Assembly (NCBI GenBank): GCA_027317865.1
Contig: DAHVQG010000011.1
Span: 43,079-107,078, forward strand
DNA from: Bdellovibrionales bacterium
GTDB taxonomy: Bacteria; Bdellovibrionota; Bdellovibrionia; Bdellovibrionales; UBA1609
DNA: 64,000 bases
Direction: 5' to 3'
Shown here: positions 58,596 through 64,000 of the stretch, one piece after another
Position numbering within the stretch: the stretch's first letter is position 1
Layout: each line of letters begins with the position of its first letter
Notes under the pieces: generated by a model
Told to the model about the DNA's origin: nothing
The model's input: only the letters and a program-made list of their open reading frames with translations
Databases searched by the model: none
Position numbers and translations under genes: made by a program

Positions 58596-60334
58596 ATAAT
58601 TTTAAACATATTCTGCTTCGGTTGACAGCACTCGCATTGAGTTGCACTTTAGTCATCAATTTCGGTTTACCGACAAATGTCATTGCTGAGCCGGGCGCTC
58701 CCATTGCGTTGCCTGACGGGGAAACTCCAGCAACAGCAGCAGCCGGTCAGTTCGGGCAATTTCATATTTTATTAAATAATTATTTTAGGGCGTGCGCGAA
58801 ACAAGCGCTACCCGAGCAAGCTGTAATGGCCAGTTCATTTGTTCAATCCGTGATGAGTAACATGAGTTTTGATTCCGCTACGCAAACGGCGATTCAAGCT
58901 GCCGCAAATCAAACGGCGCAACCATCAACAGCCAAGCAAAAAGTCGCGCAGGTGTATGACGCGTATACCGGCCCACTCGCGCAAGCGACTTCGGCGCTTT
59001 ATAGCAATATGCTCAGTGGAACCATTGCCGATTTTAATCATAAAGCGGTAGTACTGGGTGGCGTATTAGACTTCGATCCGAAATCAGCACCTTGCGTTTA
59101 CAATTTGTGGAATGCCATCAACGAAAATTATCAAAACGATGCGAGTTTTCGAAAGCTCAAAATCGACACGAATAAATGGCATCAGTTTTTTCAAGGTGGC
59201 AAGTGGATCATCGTCGCAACAGCGCTTGTTGCCATAGCACGTCCGCAGTTTTGGAAATCCACAATCGAAAACGTCGGATCACTCGCAAGATCTGTAACAA
59301 ATTCTATTAGTAAACTTGATTGGCGCGTTGGCGACGAGACTGTCACCTCAGAAGTCGATACCGCCGGCGATTCGAGCAAAATAACAGACCGGCCAAAAAC
59401 TGAGGCTGAAATACAAGCCTTTGAAGCGCAAAAAGAATTAGACAGCATGAACGCCGATCTCAAACAAATGTCGAGCCTATTTCGCGAACAAGGCGTCACC
59501 GGCGCTGACGAGCGAACAAACGCTAAGCTTTTACAGGATGCGCTTGCGGGCGATAAAGCTGCGGAAAAACTATACGCCGAACGCACGGGCCTTAAAATGC
59601 TCTATCCGCCGAAACCGTCGCGATCCGCACTGTTCGTTCGTGAAAAACTATTATCTCGATTCTCCGCTCAGAGCATGCGAAAGGTATTGATCGGGCTAAC
59701 AAAATTCGCGGGGATTTATACCGCAGGTGGCATTGCCAACATCGGTCTGCAAAAAATTTGCGTTCAAATCCCAAAATCAACTAACTATCGCGGGCCCCAG
59801 ATTCTTGGGTGTAATTTTGGCGAACGCCTCGTGCCCCTCGATCAAGGAGGTGCTCCCGATTTGTTTCATCGCGGCTATGCGGCAATGGCCGCTCTCAATT
59901 ATACCTGTCACGTCGACCAATTCTCAAAGGGCGTCGCTTCTCTAATAAACATGCTTCAAAATAAACGCGCGCTTACACCTCAACAATATAAACTTGTAGT
60001 TGCTAACCGCGATGCGGCGCTGGCCCAACTCGCGAGTTATTTCGAGCAGTATTTATGGTTATCATCCAAAACCATTTACCGGTATCGATGGATAGCGCCG
60101 AAAGAAGTTCGTTATGATAAAAAATCCGGTGAAATTTGGCTGAGGTTGCCCGTTGGCCGTGACACTTTAACAGAACACTTTCCGTGTGAAGAGTACGCTG
60201 GTATTGCGCACCCGAATCCGCTCATGATCAGTCTTGACTACTCGAAAATGCAGCTGGGCAAAACCTACGCCCTTCTTGAAGCCTCGACTAAGGAGGTACC
60301 GCTTGAACCGCCGGCAATCGCGCCCCAAAAATAG
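58592..60334 (+). CDS. Secreted hypothetical protein with internal hydrophobic segments
   Basis: ATGA overlap with upstream gene; signal peptide; WIIVATALVAIA and FAGIYTAGGIANIGL segments. Confidence 0.8.
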   Translation: MNNFKHILLRLTALALSCTLVINFGLPTNVIAEPGAPIALPDGETPATAAAGQFGQFHILLNNYFRACAKQALPEQAVMASSFVQSVMSNMSFDSATQTAIQAAANQTAQPSTAKQKVAQVYDAYTGPLAQATSALYSNMLSGTIADFNHKAVVLGGVLDFDPKSAPCVYNLWNAINENYQNDASFRKLKIDTNKWHQFFQGGKWIIVATALVAIARPQFWKSTIENVGSLARSVTNSISKLDWRVGDETVTSEVDTAGDSSKITDRPKTEAEIQAFEAQKELDSMNADLKQMSSLFREQGVTGADERTNAKLLQDALAGDKAAEKLYAERTGLKMLYPPKPSRSALFVREKLLSRFSAQSMRKVLIGLTKFAGIYTAGGIANIGLQKICVQIPKSTNYRGPQILGCNFGERLVPLDQGGAPDLFHRGYAAMAALNYTCHVDQFSKGVASLINMLQNKRALTPQQYKLVVANRDAALAQLASYFEQYLWLSSKTIYRYRWIAPKEVRYDKKSGEIWLRLPVGRDTLTEHFPCEEYAGIAHPNPLMISLDYSKMQLGKTYALLEASTKEVPLEPPAIAPQK

Positions 60335-60452
60335 CGAAGAACGTCACCTTAATGTTAAGAAATTTGACAGTTTTGAAAAGACGTCTCGTTTTCAATGCGC
60401 GCGAGATGATATTCGATATATTGAAAGACAAGGTTTAGAGCGCTTTTTTATT

Positions 60453-60468
60453 TGGAACGCAATTTGCG
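60453..60468 (+). promoter_or_regulatory. Putative sigma54 -24/-12 promoter
   Basis: TGGAAC-GCAAT-TTGCG upstream of ATG 60482. Confidence 0.5.
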
Positions 60469-60481
60469 TACAAGTCCTAAC

Positions 60482-62311
60482 ATGAAGGCATTGTTCACTA
60501 TTTTCTTATCCCTATCAATGATTCTCGGGCCATTCGAAACTACGGCCCTCGCGCAGAGCTCCCCAAGCGCCAATGCCCAAACTTCTTTGTATGGCAAAAA
60601 CTTGAATCAGTACGAGCACGAACAAATCTTCTTAGAGTCATTGCGCGATCGCACCCGGCTTTTTGAAATGATCAACTACAAATTATTTGACGTTGAAAAT
60701 CAGTGCATACATCGCAACCCATTAAACTGGAGTCAAATATCAATCGTGAATCAGGGCGACTGCAAGCAAATCGTCAGCACCATGTACGAGCAAATTCACG
60801 CGAATTATCCGGATGTGCGGATACTCTATGTTATTTACAATTTACTAAATAGCGCAAAGCGGTTTATTTTGCCTCGCCTCATCCAAAGCGAAAATTTGGC
60901 TTTTGGTACCACTCACGCTGGCGCCGCGATCGACCACTTTTTGCACCCCACGGGTTCAGTGCCTGAGCCACTAAAGTATTTAAGTTTTATCGACCCGCTT
61001 GAAGGTTTGTTGCAATTTAAGTGGTCCGGGTACATGGACGTCACGCCCTTGCCATCCGACTACCAGCAAGCAGCGACAAATTATCCTTATGGTTCGTCAT
61101 TTACCGACTATATGGAGAACTATTGCCACACTTTTATAACTTCTCATCCAGCAGATGCCCGAGGGGTTCAAAATCCGCAAGCCATCTGTTCTCAGTTCCG
61201 TTTAGTATACAATACCCAAACCAAATCGTTTTCGTTTCCGCTGACCGGGCAGGCTCGTAATTCTTACGGTCAAATTTTAACAACTGAAGCTGAACGCAAT
61301 TTATTTTTTAAAATTTACGATTATCTTGTCGCGAATCTCGGCGCGATGAAACAAAATGCGCGACAACAGTTATTACGCGTCATTCGTACTACACCTTATG
61401 TGATTCTGCTCAAATCTGCGAACCCTACGCTCACACAACTCAAAAATGCAGTTTTGCGGATCGACGGGGCGGCACTTTCTTCCGCTAATAAATTTGAACG
61501 GGAATATTTCATGTGGCTAAATGAAAAGAATCAGCCCGTCGACCCACGCGACGTTGCGAATTTGAACAGTATTCGCGAGGTACCTAAGCCGTACAATCGG
61601 GCCGCTTACATGAAACTTTTAGATCGGCAAGAAGTCGTACTCAATTTACTAAAATATCCGTCGATCGATATGATCGAAGATCCCGCAAATTACGTCGCAA
61701 TCGCAAAACATCTGACACGTGAGCGGGCCGCAAACCTTAAAAGCGAAAATCGTTGGATTAATGCCGGCCTACTTGTTGGCACTGTGGCCGTGGGTACAGT
61801 CTGTGGGCTAACGGTTGGAGCACTCACGAAAAACCCCGAACTGGCAAGCAGCAGTTGTGCCGTGCTAACCGAGGTCGCGAATTTCTCGCTGTTTGGTTAT
61901 TTCTTATGGAATTCATACAGCACTCTCAACAACGTTTTTGCTGACGTCTTTGGGAGTCAGCAAATCGGTTCGCTGCACAGTTACGGTCTCAATCGCTCTG
62001 ATTTTGCAAAATATGACCCGACGGTCACAGATCCGCAGTTTAATGTCCATGAGCGAATGCTCGCAAATGTCGACATGCTCAACGAAGCTCAACAGAACGT
62101 ATTATGGAACTGGGCGTTTTTAGTTGGCGGCTATGCACTCGCCGGCCTTCAAGAAAGTTTGTGGAAGAGCACTAAAGTCGTTGTTAAAGAAAAAGTCTTT
62201 CGCGGATTACTTCAAAAGTTAACAAAACGGCGACTTGAACGGGCAGCGGAAAGGGCGGTTCAAATTTCGAGCGAACACTCCGTCCCAACTACGAATGTGC
62301 CGGCATTGTGA
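60482..62311 (+). CDS. Secreted hypothetical protein with C-terminal hydrophobic hairpin(s)
   Basis: MKALF...ALA signal; INAGLLVGTVAVGTVCGLTVGAL, VANFSLFGYFLW, WAFLVGGYALAGL. Confidence 0.8.
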   Translation: MKALFTIFLSLSMILGPFETTALAQSSPSANAQTSLYGKNLNQYEHEQIFLESLRDRTRLFEMINYKLFDVENQCIHRNPLNWSQISIVNQGDCKQIVSTMYEQIHANYPDVRILYVIYNLLNSAKRFILPRLIQSENLAFGTTHAGAAIDHFLHPTGSVPEPLKYLSFIDPLEGLLQFKWSGYMDVTPLPSDYQQAATNYPYGSSFTDYMENYCHTFITSHPADARGVQNPQAICSQFRLVYNTQTKSFSFPLTGQARNSYGQILTTEAERNLFFKIYDYLVANLGAMKQNARQQLLRVIRTTPYVILLKSANPTLTQLKNAVLRIDGAALSSANKFEREYFMWLNEKNQPVDPRDVANLNSIREVPKPYNRAAYMKLLDRQEVVLNLLKYPSIDMIEDPANYVAIAKHLTRERAANLKSENRWINAGLLVGTVAVGTVCGLTVGALTKNPELASSSCAVLTEVANFSLFGYFLWNSYSTLNNVFADVFGSQQIGSLHSYGLNRSDFAKYDPTVTDPQFNVHERMLANVDMLNEAQQNVLWNWAFLVGGYALAGLQESLWKSTKVVVKEKVFRGLLQKLTKRRLERAAERAVQISSEHSVPTTNVPAL

Positions 62312-62383
62312 TTTTTGAAAATGAGGATTGCAGTTATGAAAAAGATTTTTGAAACGAAGATACAAGAAACAAAGGGAACGAAA

Positions 62384-64000
62384 ATGAACCGTCACTATGC
62401 GCTCTTTCTAATCGCGACAGTCTTTGCGTTCGGCATGTTGAGTTCCAGTCGAAGCTATGCGGGTGATGCACCTGAATTAGCAATCGGCCAAGGCATCGTT
62501 AATGTCATAACGGAACAGGCAACCGACATCGAAAATGAAGGCGGTCCCGTTAAGGCAATGGTCAATGCAGTAAAAAAACTCTTTGGCGGCGCGAAAGCGA
62601 ATCCGGCTGAAGACGGTAAGCTCAACGCCATAAAAAATGATTCCAGCACTTCGCGTGAAGCCTCCGATGAAGAAAACGGTGATACCGCAAAAACCGGCAA
62701 TTCTGGTGAGCAAGGACCGTCAGCAGGCTCAACAAAGGATAAGATTGTTGACGAGGTCGCAAAGGTAACCAACGGAGCATTCAAGGATCAATGGGTCGCG
62801 GCAATGAACGGAGAGTTGACGCCGGCTATTGGCAGATCTACGGAACTCGATAACGTTGCGGTTTTTGCACGAAGTCCAGAGACAAAACGCGGGATTGTTT
62901 TATTTGGCCCAACCGGCGCCGGTAAATCGGTGATATACGATGGTTTTCAACAAGAAATTATCGCTGGCGACGTGCCCGGAATCTCGAGCAACTCACGCGA
63001 ACTCGAATTTGATTTTGCGCAAATGAAGACTCCCGAAGAATTTGAGGATTATCTAACAAAAATTAAAGATTTGATAACACAACGAAAATTGCCCGGCATG
63101 AACAAAAAAGCGGGAGAAGAAAATCCGCACATATTTTTGCGCGGCAAAAATGCGGAACTTTTCGGCAAGCCCGATAGAGACCAACAAGCGGCCATGCCAC
63201 CCTTCGATCAATACTACGGTGCGGCTCAAAAGGTTTTCGGCAAAGATGCCACCTTTTTAATTGAAATACCCGGTGCCCAAGATATCGACCCCGAAACCGG
63301 CAAGCCTAAAGCCACAACAGAGGCTTTGACCACGGCATTTCCGTTTCTCAAAAGTAAAGGCTGGCGTTTTCAATTTGTGGGCGAAATGGGTTTTACCCAG
63401 TCAAAAGAAGCTCTGAGCGAATTCATAAACAACCTCGAACGTAAAAATGGCGTTACAATATCTGATGAAGTGGTCAATTTTGCCGACCAAATTTGCCGAC
63501 GAGTCTACGTGGACAAAGTCCAGCCCGGCTGTACAGCTTATCTACTTGAAGAAGCCATCGGCCGAAACCTCAGAATGTTGCGCAAAGGCCGCGCCCCGAT
63601 ATTAGCTGAAGATTTGTACAAACAAAAAGAGAAACTTGTTGAACGACTTCAGCACATGCAATCACTGACTGGCCGTTACGCGCGGGAACAAGCTGAAAAG
63701 CTCCCGGGCCAAATCAAAGAGATTGAAGATGAAATCGCTAAAATCGAAGCCTATACAAATCGAATGGCTGAGGCGTCCAAAAAATTAAAAGAAGGACGAA
63801 AACTTCAAGATGACCTCACACTTCTTATCGCAAAGCTCAAAGCCGAACCTTCGCAAGCGGCAAAACTTCGCGGCGAGATTGACTCCCTAAAAGAAAAAGT
63901 TGCGTCGCTTAAAGAAATAGAAAAAGAGGCTCGAACTCTAACTAAAGAAGATTTAGCGGTCCAAGCTCACCACGACACAAAGATTTCGTATCTTGAGATT
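62384..64000 (+). CDS. ClpB-like AAA+ protein with N-terminal signal peptide (partial, runs off window; not in ORF track)
   Basis: My translation: MNRHYALFLIATVFAFGMLSSSRSYA signal; GELTPAIGRSTEL; Walker A GPTGAGKS at 62906-62929; EEFED; GVTISDE...YVDKVQPG...LLEEA; coiled-coil M-domain; in-frame ATGs also at 62321 and 62336. Confidence 0.8.
   Translation, partial: MNRHYALFLIATVFAFGMLSSSRSYAGDAPELAIGQGIVNVITEQATDIENEGGPVKAMVNAVKKLFGGAKANPAEDGKLNAIKNDSSTSREASDEENGDTAKTGNSGEQGPSAGSTKDKIVDEVAKVTNGAFKDQWVAAMNGELTPAIGRSTELDNVAVFARSPETKRGIVLFGPTGAGKSVIYDGFQQEIIAGDVPGISSNSRELEFDFAQMKTPEEFEDYLTKIKDLITQRKLPGMNKKAGEENPHIFLRGKNAELFGKPDRDQQAAMPPFDQYYGAAQKVFGKDATFLIEIPGAQDIDPETGKPKATTEALTTAFPFLKSKGWRFQFVGEMGFTQSKEALSEFINNLERKNGVTISDEVVNFADQICRRVYVDKVQPGCTAYLLEEAIGRNLRMLRKGRAPILAEDLYKQKEKLVERLQHMQSLTGRYAREQAEKLPGQIKEIEDEIAKIEAYTNRMAEASKKLKEGRKLQDDLTLLIAKLKAEPSQAAKLRGEIDSLKEKVASLKEIEKEARTLTKEDLAVQAHHDTKISYLEI

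Overview
Chromosomal window from a bacterium that looks like a member of the Bdellovibrionota or a related deltaproteobacterial-type lineage. This is inferred from two TIGR02147-like HTH proteins, FQNC/FNNC-type exported proteins, a single-chain glyQS, and the zapA-ygfA-rny-tyrS and ppdK-smc-ftsY gene order. Housekeeping blocks include tRNA-Arg(UCG), queF, a TrmH-family methylase, speD/speE, iscS/iscA, tyrS, rny, ftsY, smc, ppdK, glyQS, acyl-CoA catabolism genes with ETF-QO, and ugd. These alternate with accessory blocks rich in signal-peptide-bearing proteins of unknown function. Main observations: (1) a right-end cluster of large exported proteins with hydrophobic helices, followed by a ClpB-like AAA+ protein that carries a signal peptide and has a degenerate NBD1 (it runs off the window and is not in the ORF track); (2) a 140-bp direct repeat duplicating the 3' end of a HEXXH gene and bracketing a two-gene cassette; (3) two TIGR02147 regulator + palindrome + 'AFAGG' secreted protein modules; (4) six sigma54-type -24/-12 motifs in front of accessory genes; (5) apparent pseudo-enzymes (an M3 peptidase without HEXXH, an RNase Y missing metal ligands). 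I saw no CRISPR array, rRNA, transposase, integrase or reverse transcriptase. All family calls come from motif recognition by eye, not from database searches.
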